IMG/VR virus record: IMGVR_UViG_3300045988_166693
Span: 1-64,000 of that record
Direction: 5' to 3' (one strand)
Origin: a virus
DNA: 64,000 nt
Of this stretch, positions 1 through 8,019 are shown one piece after another. Positions within the stretch are counted from its first letter, which is position 1; every line of letters starts with the position of its first letter. The notes beneath the pieces were generated by a model that saw nothing but the letters and a program-made list of their open reading frames with translations, did no database searches and was not told the origin of the DNA. The position numbers were made by a program, and so were the translations under genes.

Positions 1-140
1 CACACCAGCGGGCACACCAGCGCACACCAGCGGGCACCAGCGCACACACCAGCGGGCACACCAGCGGGCACACCAGCGTACACCAGCGGGCACACCAACG
101 CACACACCAGCGGGCACACCAACGCACACCAGGACAACCG
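1..140. repeat. GC-rich degenerate tandem repeat (units CACACCAGCG with or without GG), cut by the window edge
   Basis: About a dozen head-to-tail 8-14 nt units (CACACCAGCGGG / CACACCAGCG / CACACCAACG) read directly. It is much more GC-rich than the rest of the window and all frames are open. Confidence 0.8.
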
Positions 141-299
141 CCGGACGCGGCCGACGCCCGGGCATATATCACCGCCGGACGGGCCCCAGCTGGGACGCGT
201 CCGGCGTAGCGAGGCGCCGGGTTTTCTTCGCGATTCGGGCAAAAATCCTTTATTTCAACTCCGTATTATCAGATTGTTAACCAATTTGGAAAGGAATAC

Positions 300-330
300 A
301 AAAAAGGCAACCGGATTACGTCCGATTGCC
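300..330 (-). terminator. rho-independent terminator after 365..868
   Basis: Minus-strand RNA GGCAAUCGGA-CGUAA-UCCGGUUGCC (10 bp including one G.U, which would be an A.C mismatch on the plus strand), followed by UUUUUU. Confidence 0.7.
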
Positions 331-364
331 TTTAATAAATGATTGTTTTAATATCTTTTGCGAC

Positions 365-868
365 TTAAAATGTTAATTCGATAGAGATAAGTTTATTTGC
401 TATTTCTACGATAGACATATTTATAAGAGTTATTTCTTCATCCTTAAAACGATACTTCTCAGGGCATGACATTCGCTTTTTATACCATGTGATATTTTTA
501 CCAAGTTTGTTGATATAAATATAAGGCATACATACTACTTTGGATAATTCTTTTATTTCTTGTACAATTTTCTGTCTTGTTCCCAAAATATTATCCGGTT
601 CTACATGAGAAATTCTTGTAGATAAAAGTTTCTCACCTATGTCATGAAAAACCATATTTAACAAATCTATATCTGATTGGGAAAATCCCTTAGATGTTGT
701 AGTAGTTGTCTCATGGTTCATCTTATGATATATCCAACTACTTGACTTTCCAATATAGTCTGTTACATATTTAAACTTTATCATCTCCGCTATCATAGGG
801 AGACCTTGCTTCACCGATACCTTAATTTTTTCTGTTTCCATTGTGCTATCTTTCTTTTCCCGATACAA
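365..868 (-). CDS. Hypothetical protein with two tandem DUF5053-like modules (HTH-like)
   Basis: Two copies of the pattern Y-I-G-K-S-S-S-W-I...F-S-Q-S-D-I-D-L-L-N-M-V-F-H-D-I-G-E-K-L-L and I-N-K-L-G-K-N-I-T-W-Y...F-K-D-E-E-I-T-L-I-N-M-S-I-V-E-I-A-N-K-L-I. AT-rich relative to neighbours. Start may be the internal Met at 841. Confidence 0.55.
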   Translation of the reverse strand: MYREKKDSTMETEKIKVSVKQGLPMIAEMIKFKYVTDYIGKSSSWIYHKMNHETTTTTSKGFSQSDIDLLNMVFHDIGEKLLSTRISHVEPDNILGTRQKIVQEIKELSKVVCMPYIYINKLGKNITWYKKRMSCPEKYRFKDEEITLINMSIVEIANKLISIELTF

Positions 869-982
869 AGATAGTACCTTTTTCTTTATTTTACAAATAA
901 GATTGGGGAAACTTTTTGATAAAAATAAGAGGTACCCTCACGGGCACCTCTCACTAATTGATATGGGATTAAACAAAGTCCT

Positions 983-1462
983 TTATGTAAATTGTCCTCC
1001 GCCTTCATCTGGATCACTTCCTCCCTGCTCGGTTCCTCCTCCAGGTTCCGGTTCCTGGTCAGCTGCTTCATCTCCATAATCTTCCATCGTCGTGACTGAA
1101 ATTCCTTCCAGCATCTGTTTGAACCGCTTGCCGGGATAGAAAAGAATTTTCTTCCGGGTCACGTTGTCGGAACTCACATCATCGGCGGTGGCTCCTGTCT
1201 TTGCATTGAAGGTAGGCTTGAAAGAACCGAAGTCTCCCAGCTTTACAGGCATACCGTAGTTCATGAATACAATCATACGGTCGATAAGCGCTTCAAGTAC
1301 CGCTTTTGTCTGCGACCGGTTCACACCGCACGAGTTGCTCACTTCATTAAGAAGGTCGTCGAAGGTGACGGCTTGCTGACGTACCGGTTTGATACGGTAA
1401 ACTTCCGGCTTATCCTTTTTGAAGCCGAGTATGATTTTCTGTTTTTCGTAAACGATTGCCAT
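983..1462 (-). CDS. HU-family (Bacteroidales HU_HIG-like) DNA-binding protein with acidic, Gly-rich C-terminal tail
   Basis: 159 aa. Core VTFDDLLNEVSNSCGVNRSQTKAVLEALIDRM...VKLGDFGSFKPTF...KILFYPGKRFK matches the HU/IHF-like fold pattern. Tail is EDYGDEAADQEPEPGGGTEQGGSDPDEGGGQFT. Preceded by conserved promoter P1. Confidence 0.7.
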   Translation of the reverse strand: MAIVYEKQKIILGFKKDKPEVYRIKPVRQQAVTFDDLLNEVSNSCGVNRSQTKAVLEALIDRMIVFMNYGMPVKLGDFGSFKPTFNAKTGATADDVSSDNVTRKKILFYPGKRFKQMLEGISVTTMEDYGDEAADQEPEPGGGTEQGGSDPDEGGGQFT

Positions 1463-1509
1463 AATCTAATCGTATTTTTAAGGTTTGTAATTTATGTCTT
1501 TCGACGACT

Positions 1510-1550
1510 CTAAATTACTCTTACAACACCCGCTTTTGAAGGACAAAAAA
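1510..1550 (-). promoter_or_regulatory. Conserved phage promoter copy 1 (TTTTTTGTCCTTCA-N19-TAATTTAG)
   Basis: GTCCTTCA at 1537-1544 and the -7-like box at 1510-1517 (minus strand), with exactly 19 nt between them. Lies 48 nt upstream of the ATG at 1462. Confidence 0.6.
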
Positions 1551-1583
1551 CAGCTTTTTTTTGAACTCCTGAAAGGAAGTGCC

Positions 1584-1688
1584 AGCAACCTCTCAAGTGG
1601 TTTGCCGCAAACCTCTTGAGCGATATGCGGCAAACCTCTCGAGAGGTTTGCTGCATTTAGTTTGACAGGCCCTACAAGGTGTTCTGAG
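1584..1688. promoter_or_regulatory. Copy A of a ~105 nt repeated element with multiple GCAAACCTCTC / GAGAGGTTTGC sites
   Basis: Contains the perfect 22 nt palindrome GCAAACCTCTCGAGAGGTTTGC (1630-1651) plus two further direct half-sites. Near-identical copy at 44951-45056. Sits directly upstream (minus sense) of promoter copy 1. Confidence 0.7.
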
Positions 1689-1695
1689 AGGGGTG

Positions 1696-1986
1696 TCAGG
1701 AGGTGTAATTGCTGATCATCATCTGAAGGGTTTTTTCCCCGTTCCGGTCGGACGAAAGGAACCTCATAATTTCGGAATAAAGAGATTCCGAACATTCCCT
1801 TTTCACACTCAGAAAGAAGTCTTCTCCGATGATCCGCCGGACTTCACTTTCCACAACCGGCTCACTGCGGAAATCCTCATATTCTATGTCTACAATCACT
1901 TTCTTCCCTGAACGGAAAAAATTAACGGTGTGTGTCGCCTCGCCAAAATACTCGTTCAGTTTTCGGCGTATTTCTTTTATTTTCAT
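1696..1986 (-). CDS. Hypothetical 96-aa protein, paralog of 4653..4943
   Basis: Shares the blocks YFGE..H.V..F......V.I.DIEYEDFR.E..VE......I.GE......KRECS with the other 96-aa ORF. ATGA start/stop overlap with 1983..3023. Confidence 0.6.
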   Translation of the reverse strand: MKIKEIRRKLNEYFGEATHTVNFFRSGKKVIVDIEYEDFRSEPVVESEVRRIIGEDFFLSVKRECSESLYSEIMRFLSSDRNGEKTLQMMISNYTS

Positions 1987-3023
1987 ATATGCCCTCCTTT
2001 CTGGATGATGATGCGTGAAAAGAAGTCATATCCTTCGCGTGTGATGTAAGGTGTGTAATATTTCACTCCGGAACCGGTGGCACTGGAGTGTGCTGCCAGT
2101 ATCAGTCCTCTTTTTGCGCTTTCCTCTGAAGGGGCATTGTAGCACTCCGGAGCAGACAGAAGCCATCCTTCGCGACGCAGAAACTCAAAAACCCGGGCAG
2201 AGCGGACAACTATGCCATCTTCACGGCTTATCAGTCGGGCCATCTGTCGTACCAGCATCGCATCGCGGTGGTGCATCCTGATTTCGCTCGTAGTCAAACA
2301 GGGGATATCTTTAATAATGGGACGTGGTTTTATGGCCGTTTCCTGATCTGGAGTCATTGATGAAGGAATTATGTTTCCTTTTCTTCTTGAAACAAAAGTC
2401 TGCATCATTTCCTCCAGCCGCGAGATGCGCTGCTCAAACTGGCTTTGTGTAGTGCCTTCGGGCATGGTTTCTTCACGTTCAAGACGATATTTAAGGTAGG
2501 AAATGCGGTCTTTCTTATGCTGAAGCATGGAAATGGATTCGCAAAGCTCTTCTTCTATTTCAGTGAGAAGCCCGGAAAGATTGTCTTTCCTTCCCTGAGT
2601 GTTTTCAGTGCATGTGTAGTCAGTTTTTGTGGTTCCGGTGCTGAAAGACTTGCTAATTTGATAATGGAATACTTGCCGATAAATCTCAAATACAGCTCTT
2701 ACTTTACGCGCAATGAAAAATTCAAGACATGGGACGCTAAGGTAATAGTCGGAAGCAGGACGACCTCTTTTTGAATTTTCCGCATTTCTGCGTAAAATTT
2801 GATAATCAACTCCTTGAATGAATAAATCGCTTGTTGTAAGGGAGCGTACCGCTTCTTCTTTTCTGTTATATACAAGCATCCATACTTCATCAAGGTTTAC
2901 CGGAAATTCCTTGTCAGATTTTGACAATTCCAAAATTGCATTGAAATAGCTGCGAATTTCATTATCGCTGCTTTGCTTTGTAAGAATTTGATTTGTTGCC
3001 ATAATATTGAACGGTTTTGGCAT
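1983..3023 (-). CDS. Antirepressor-like protein (AntA-like N-terminus, KilAC-like C-terminus)
   Basis: N-terminus FPVNLDEVWMLVYNRKEEAVRSL...FIQGVDYQIL. C-terminus MLVRQMARLISREDGIVVRSARVFEFLRREGWLL...YNAPSEESAKRGL...ITREGYDFF resembles the KilAC domain. Confidence 0.6.
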   Translation of the reverse strand: MPKPFNIMATNQILTKQSSDNEIRSYFNAILELSKSDKEFPVNLDEVWMLVYNRKEEAVRSLTTSDLFIQGVDYQILRRNAENSKRGRPASDYYLSVPCLEFFIARKVRAVFEIYRQVFHYQISKSFSTGTTKTDYTCTENTQGRKDNLSGLLTEIEEELCESISMLQHKKDRISYLKYRLEREETMPEGTTQSQFEQRISRLEEMMQTFVSRRKGNIIPSSMTPDQETAIKPRPIIKDIPCLTTSEIRMHHRDAMLVRQMARLISREDGIVVRSARVFEFLRREGWLLSAPECYNAPSEESAKRGLILAAHSSATGSGVKYYTPYITREGYDFFSRIIIQKGGHI

Positions 3024-3155
3024 TATAGAACAGAAAAACGGCTGTTCATGGCCCGTCGTTCAACATACACATAGGCAGTCGGGAGTGCATTAACAGTTCC
3101 CACGGGATTAAACAGCCGATATATCTATATTGTATATATAGCAATGTAAGCAAAC

Positions 3156-3181
3156 AAAAAAAATGCCTGCTTTTGCAGACA
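3156..3181 (-). terminator. rho-independent terminator downstream of the HIRAN gene
   Basis: Minus-strand RNA UGUCUGC-AAAA-GCAGGCA (7 bp, one G.U) followed by U8. Confidence 0.6.
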
Positions 3182-3332
3182 TCCGTCTGCCTATGTATTG
3201 ATGTTGAACATTGCAAATATACAACAAATCTCACAAAAGCAAGCGGAAAGGGAGAAATAATCATTCCTCCCTTTTAATTTCTTGGCAAATGTAACAATTT
3301 TAATTTGATTATCGCATTAAAATCGTACTTTT

Positions 3333-4529
3333 TCATAATCTATTGTTGTCATAAATATAGTGCATCCGCTTCATGATGGTTTCTCCCAGTTCGTTAAGGT
3401 TCATTTCTTCCACAAATTCCTCGGGAGAAAATTTGTATCCCATTCTTCGTGTCCTTACATATATGGCAATCATTTTATTTTCAGCTTCTATTAATGCAAG
3501 CTTAGCTTCATCTCTTAAATTTATTTTCTTCCAGCTTGTTCCATAAACAGAAAGGTCAAGTGGCACGGTCATCCTCAATCCTGGGTTAGTAGGGTTTTCT
3601 ACTGTTGCTCTGGTCATTCTATCAAGCCACTTTTCAGCAAGTCGGTCCTGCTGTCCTATGGTAAGGCTATTGAATTTTTTGAAGTCTATCAATTGCTTTG
3701 ATTTGTCGAACAACTCACTTTCTGTTTTTTCTGTTATACCACCCCATTTACGGTAAACGTAGTTGGCCCGATATACTTCTATCGGAGAATAAAGTTTGAA
3801 AAGTTTTTCTGCAGATAGTGATTTAGTGACCAATGTCTTGATTCGTATATTTATGCTTCCTGCATTGAAATCCATGTAAGACATTTCTACATCCAATTTC
3901 GGATTGTTCCCCATAATAGATTTCACAGATTCTATTTCATCTTTTGGGATATATCCTATTTTCAACCCATCCTGTGTATATGCCGCAATTGCGTTAGGGT
4001 CATATTTGTTTTCGGGTTCTTTTTGAAGAACTGCTGTTTCCAGGCGCATTACTTTTTCGTCAAGCTCTTCATATTGTTTTTCATTCGTGTGATACTTTAC
4101 TCCTACTATCCTGCTTTCATATATAGACAACTCCGGTTCTCCTTCTGATGGAATGTATATCTGCTCTTCATCTGGAATTGATGGCACTTCAGATGAGCTC
4201 CACGGCAAATATAAAACCATTTCCACGCATAGCATACTTCCATTCCGCTGTATATTTGTAATCTCCGGATGCGGAATATACATTTTTTCCTGTTCGAACA
4301 ATTCATGTGAAAAGTGTATCATTCCGTCCCATAGTTCATTGTCGTAGAAATAGGCGTTTACTTCCTGGTCTCCATACCAGTAGGTAGCCGCTATTTTCCC
4401 GTCTTCATCTTCTGCGAACAATGCTATCAGGTCTTCTTCCCCTTCATTGTATTCGTTTATAAGGCACTCCAGTGCATCTTCATTGCTTGTACGAATACGA
4501 TAGTTTACTTTTATTCTCTTCTCTTCCAT
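3333..4529 (-). CDS. HIRAN-domain protein
   Basis: Central segment IVGVKYHTNEKQYEELDEKVMRLETAVLQKEPENKYDPNAIAAYTQDGLKIGYIPKDEIESV fits the HIRAN signature (VG..Y...L..EP.N.YD.NAI....G..IGY.P). The flanking domains are unrecognised. Confidence 0.65.
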   Translation of the reverse strand: MEEKRIKVNYRIRTSNEDALECLINEYNEGEEDLIALFAEDEDGKIAATYWYGDQEVNAYFYDNELWDGMIHFSHELFEQEKMYIPHPEITNIQRNGSMLCVEMVLYLPWSSSEVPSIPDEEQIYIPSEGEPELSIYESRIVGVKYHTNEKQYEELDEKVMRLETAVLQKEPENKYDPNAIAAYTQDGLKIGYIPKDEIESVKSIMGNNPKLDVEMSYMDFNAGSINIRIKTLVTKSLSAEKLFKLYSPIEVYRANYVYRKWGGITEKTESELFDKSKQLIDFKKFNSLTIGQQDRLAEKWLDRMTRATVENPTNPGLRMTVPLDLSVYGTSWKKINLRDEAKLALIEAENKMIAIYVRTRRMGYKFSPEEFVEEMNLNELGETIMKRMHYIYDNNRL

Positions 4530-4652
4530 AACTGTAAAGTTTAAAGTTTTCCCTGCTAATATACTTCTTTTTTATCATTTTCTACATTCCGGAAACAAAA
4601 ATCCCCTGCCGGAAATGTCAGACAGGGGATGAAAGAGGGAATGCGTCACTTT

Positions 4653-4943
4653 TCACTCCTCATACTCCTCGATAAGCTGATGCAGGCGGATCATGCTTAC
4701 CGGTCCGTAAGCATGAAGGATGTGCTGTTCCATCGTATTACTGCATTCCCGTTTCAGACAAACTTGTATTCCCTCTCCCAGAATTTTCTTCAGATCTTCT
4801 TCCACATGCTTTTCATTTCGGAAGTCCTCGTACTCAATATCTGCGATTTTAACCTGATGATAAGTAAAAATATGGACACGATGCTTTACTTCCCCAAAAT
4901 ATTTATGGATTTGATCTTTGATACTTTTTAAATTAGTTTTCAT
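4653..4943 (-). CDS. Hypothetical 96-aa protein, paralog of 1696..1986
   Basis: Start trimmed to the Met at 4943 (MKTNLKSIKDQIHKYFGE...), which gives the same length and block structure as 1696..1986. Confidence 0.6.
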   Translation of the reverse strand: MKTNLKSIKDQIHKYFGEVKHRVHIFTYHQVKIADIEYEDFRNEKHVEEDLKKILGEGIQVCLKRECSNTMEQHILHAYGPVSMIRLHQLIEEYEE

Positions 4944-5085
4944 TTTGCTTTCATTTTGATAATTTATGTTTTCAGTATAAGATAAATTAGTAGGTAGAGC
5001 AACTGACGATTGCAAATTTATCTAAAAAAACGCACCGCTCTTCACAGAGGGGCGCGTCATAAAAAAAGAATCCAAGAAAACAACC

Positions 5086-5526
5086 TTATTCACCTGATAT
5101 TTCCTCATTTTTATACGGAATATATTTTAATTTCCCTTCCTGATAGTAACCGACAATCATCGGAATGTATTCTTTCACCGGAGGATCATACAGCTGTTCA
5201 GTCTCCATGTCCCAGTACTTTTCACGCTTCAGGACGACGGAAAAGTTGATCCTGTCCTGATAACTGATCATACTCAGCCCGTGAAGTCCCCGATGATAGT
5301 TGATGAACCCGCGAAGGGTATCAAAATATGCAGCGTATTCCCTGGGACTGTACATGTGGCGGATATGTTCCTGTACATCCAGTTCCACAAACACATCCTT
5401 GATGTCAATCCCGATCAGTTTGGCCTGTATCAGTTTATCTATCGCGTTGAATCGGGTAAGGTAAACTGAAACGTAATCTTTCTTCCTTCGACGGAACAAA
5501 GCTTTAATCAGTCGTTTTATCCTCAT
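5086..5526 (-). CDS. Hypothetical protein
   Basis: 146-aa ORF co-directional with neighbours. No motif recognised. Confidence 0.5.
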   Translation of the reverse strand: MRIKRLIKALFRRRKKDYVSVYLTRFNAIDKLIQAKLIGIDIKDVFVELDVQEHIRHMYSPREYAAYFDTLRGFINYHRGLHGLSMISYQDRINFSVVLKREKYWDMETEQLYDPPVKEYIPMIVGYYQEGKLKYIPYKNEEISGE

Positions 5527-5627
5527 AGTGTATCATATATGTTATTTTAAATGCAAAAATACATTAAATAAACAAGAAAACCCAATGCTTTCTATTGTAT
5601 TATTAATTTTTTCCTTACCTTTGCAAT

Positions 5628-5703
5628 GTCATTAAAGATGACCACTATAACTCATTGGGCGATCCCCGCTAGCCGTTACGGTTGGTGGGGACCTCTTTTT
5701 TTA
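5628..5703 (+). ncRNA. Candidate ~75 nt plus-strand small RNA (promoter box, 5' hairpin, intrinsic terminator)
   Basis: TACCTTTG (TAnnTTTG -7 box) at 5616-5623. Hairpin GTCAT-TAAAG-ATGAC at 5628-5642. A 13-bp stem at 5663-5691 (three G.U pairs, so specific to the plus strand) followed by CCUCUUUUUUU. Lies in the 190 nt gap between two minus-strand genes. Confidence 0.35.
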
Positions 5704-5717
5704 TCCTGCTCATTGTA

Positions 5718-6152
5718 TTAGTCATCTTCTTCGTCTTCTTCATCGTCGCCATCGTCTGCCGGACGATCCATCATGCGGCGGGCAATGATGGCTTTCATGC
5801 TCACCAGTCCGGTGCGCACTTCGGCTTCCTTGTCGTGCGTTTCTTCAGCAGTGCAGATTTCCTCGTCCACCTGCCAGCGCACGCAGAACAGGGCGGGATG
5901 TCCGTCGTAGGCCGTCTGCATGGCGAAGCCCCGGCGCTCCAGTTCCACCAGATACGGAGGAAGCGGGTCGGGCATCTTCGGGATGGGCCATGCCTGGAAG
6001 TATTCACGGATGCGTCGCACGGTAAACACTTCGTCGGCATACTCCTCCCGCTCCACCGGTTTGTAGGTGTCGGTAAAGGCATCCACCAGCTGCATCAGCG
6101 CCTTGGGCGGCTGCATCGCCGGGTCCTGATATTTCATCTTCTTCCTGCTCAT
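5718..6152 (-). CDS. Hypothetical protein with acidic C-terminal tail
   Basis: 144-aa ORF directly downstream of terL, ending in DDGDDEEDEEDD. Confidence 0.5.
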   Translation of the reverse strand: MSRKKMKYQDPAMQPPKALMQLVDAFTDTYKPVEREEYADEVFTVRRIREYFQAWPIPKMPDPLPPYLVELERRGFAMQTAYDGHPALFCVRWQVDEEICTAEETHDKEAEVRTGLVSMKAIIARRMMDRPADDGDDEEDEEDD

Positions 6153-6186
6153 TCTTCATTTTTCATTATTCATTATTAATTATTCA

Positions 6187-8016
6187 TTAAGACGTCATCG
6201 GCATACCCACGCCTATCATGCGGCCCGATCCGTAATAGCGCACACCGATAACCAGCGTGTCGAATGCGTCGCTCAGGTCGGTACGGATACTTAAAGCGGT
6301 TTCAGGATCAGCCATTTCATCTGCCGTCAACCGTTTCTTTTCATCTCCCTTCTGTTTCTCAAAACCGTTGCGTCCTTCCTTCACACGCGCGTTCTCCATG
6401 GAGGCAATCAGATACTCGTTGTTCTCCTTGTTGATGCGAAGGAACGGGCGCTGCGTGCCGGCAAAACATCCGTTCAGGAACTCATACTTCTTGTTGTGGC
6501 TCATGGGCCGTCCCATGGGTACTTCGATGACGTTCCATCCGTGACTGCGAAGCACTTTCTTCACAATGTTGTAGAAACGGGTTTCTTCGTGGCGCTCACT
6601 GGCATAGGCGGCTCCCTGCTTGGCGGTGTCGTCGTAGTAGAAAATCACGTCGCGGCAGGTCAGGCGGTGCGGCTCGTAATACTTGCAGAACATCTTGCAA
6701 AGTCCCTCGATACGGGTGTTCTTTACGTTGGTCATGCTGTTGAGTATGCGCAGCACGCCGGTGTTGCTCCGGCTGTCGGTCTGCCCTATCACCAGACAGT
6801 TAATGTGTGCGTTGTAGTCGAAAGCGATGCGCAGCGGTTCTCCGGGCTTTATGTCGGTGTCCAGACAGCAGTCCTGTGCCTTGGAAAGCTCGTTCAGGTC
6901 GATGCTTTCCGACTCTACACGCAGGGTACGCCCGCCGTTGTATATCTGCGTAATGGTGCGTTTCTTATATTTCTGTGCGGCTTCCAGCTGCTCTTCGTCG
7001 TTACTGAGATAGCAGTGCACGTCAGGGTCGAAGTTTGCATAATAGCCGTCGTTGATTTCTTCCTTCTCGACGTTACGGATGGATATGTCGAACATGGTGG
7101 GGGTAAGTTCCTTTTGCATGGTGCGGATGAACTGTTCGCCCAGAATGTCGATGTTTTCTATGCTGGAAAAGGAAAAGTAGATGCTGGCCTGGCAGCGCAG
7201 CTTGTTCAGCTCACGCTGGTATTTGGGAGACTGCACGATTTCCGGACAGATTTGCGCCTCACGTATCATCTCCGCAATTTTGCGATTTATTTCCGGTGTC
7301 TGCTCTTCACGGCGCTTGCGAAGCCATGCCTGACGCTTGGTGAGCGGGGCATCGCTCACAAAGAATATACTCTTGTAGTACGGATTCAGGTTTTCATCAA
7401 ATCCGGGATGATTGGTGTTGATACCACGAAGCGTAGGAAGAATTTCGGCCTTAATCAGTCCTTCAGGCATAAAACGGCACTCGTCGCCAATAATGGAGCA
7501 CGAGTCCATACCGTTGGCGGCAGCCTTCACTCCGGTAGAAATCATGTAGTACACGAATCCATTCCAGAAGTGGATGCAGTTTTCCCACACCTTCGGCTTT
7601 ACGATGGGTTCCTTGAAATTGCATTTGGCCGGAGCATGTCCACGAAAGAAATGGACTCCCTCTTTCAGTCCGGTCATTCGCTCCAGCGAGTAAAGCGTTT
7701 TAGGAACGGTCTTCGTGAAAAGCTGCTTGATACTGTTACCTAAGAAAAGTCCGGTTCCGCGAGGCATGGACTGGATGCAACCGGCCATTTCGGGCGTAAT
7801 CAGTCCGTCGGTTTTACCTGTACCACGACCTGCTTCTACGGTGGTATTCCGGCATCGGTAGTTGTACACCGCACGCTGGGCCGGATTCATGTAGATGTAG
7901 TTGGCAGCAGTTTCCTGCTCCTCTGCTTCCTGCAGGCCCGTCAATGCCGAGGCGTGACACTGTGCTCGTCGAAGAGATTCTTCGCGGGCAGATTCATAGT
8001 CGTTTCGTCGTGCCAT
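6187..8016 (-). CDS. terL: Terminase large subunit
   Basis: 609 aa. Walker A VEAGRGTGKTDG, Walker B-like CSIIGDECRF. Size and position fit the packaging/head module. Confidence 0.85.
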   Translation of the reverse strand: MARRNDYESAREESLRRAQCHASALTGLQEAEEQETAANYIYMNPAQRAVYNYRCRNTTVEAGRGTGKTDGLITPEMAGCIQSMPRGTGLFLGNSIKQLFTKTVPKTLYSLERMTGLKEGVHFFRGHAPAKCNFKEPIVKPKVWENCIHFWNGFVYYMISTGVKAAANGMDSCSIIGDECRFMPEGLIKAEILPTLRGINTNHPGFDENLNPYYKSIFFVSDAPLTKRQAWLRKRREEQTPEINRKIAEMIREAQICPEIVQSPKYQRELNKLRCQASIYFSFSSIENIDILGEQFIRTMQKELTPTMFDISIRNVEKEEINDGYYANFDPDVHCYLSNDEEQLEAAQKYKKRTITQIYNGGRTLRVESESIDLNELSKAQDCCLDTDIKPGEPLRIAFDYNAHINCLVIGQTDSRSNTGVLRILNSMTNVKNTRIEGLCKMFCKYYEPHRLTCRDVIFYYDDTAKQGAAYASERHEETRFYNIVKKVLRSHGWNVIEVPMGRPMSHNKKYEFLNGCFAGTQRPFLRINKENNEYLIASMENARVKEGRNGFEKQKGDEKKRLTADEMADPETALSIRTDLSDAFDTLVIGVRYYGSGRMIGVGMPMTS

Positions 8017-8019
8017 GGT

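Noticed and set aside
1-140. Possible CRISPR array
   Set aside because: The units are only 8-14 nt, lie directly adjacent to each other without unique spacers, and are degenerate. This is a minisatellite, not a CRISPR array.
1478-1795. 105-aa minus-strand ORF across repeat element copy A
   Set aside because: It overlaps the conserved promoter and the repeated palindrome element, which recurs at 44951-45056 with no equivalent ORF there.
6496-7743. 415-aa plus-strand ORF opposite terL
   Set aside because: It is entirely antisense to a motif-supported terminase gene. The sequence is low-complexity and V/G/L/H-rich, typical of a shadow ORF in GC-rich coding DNA.
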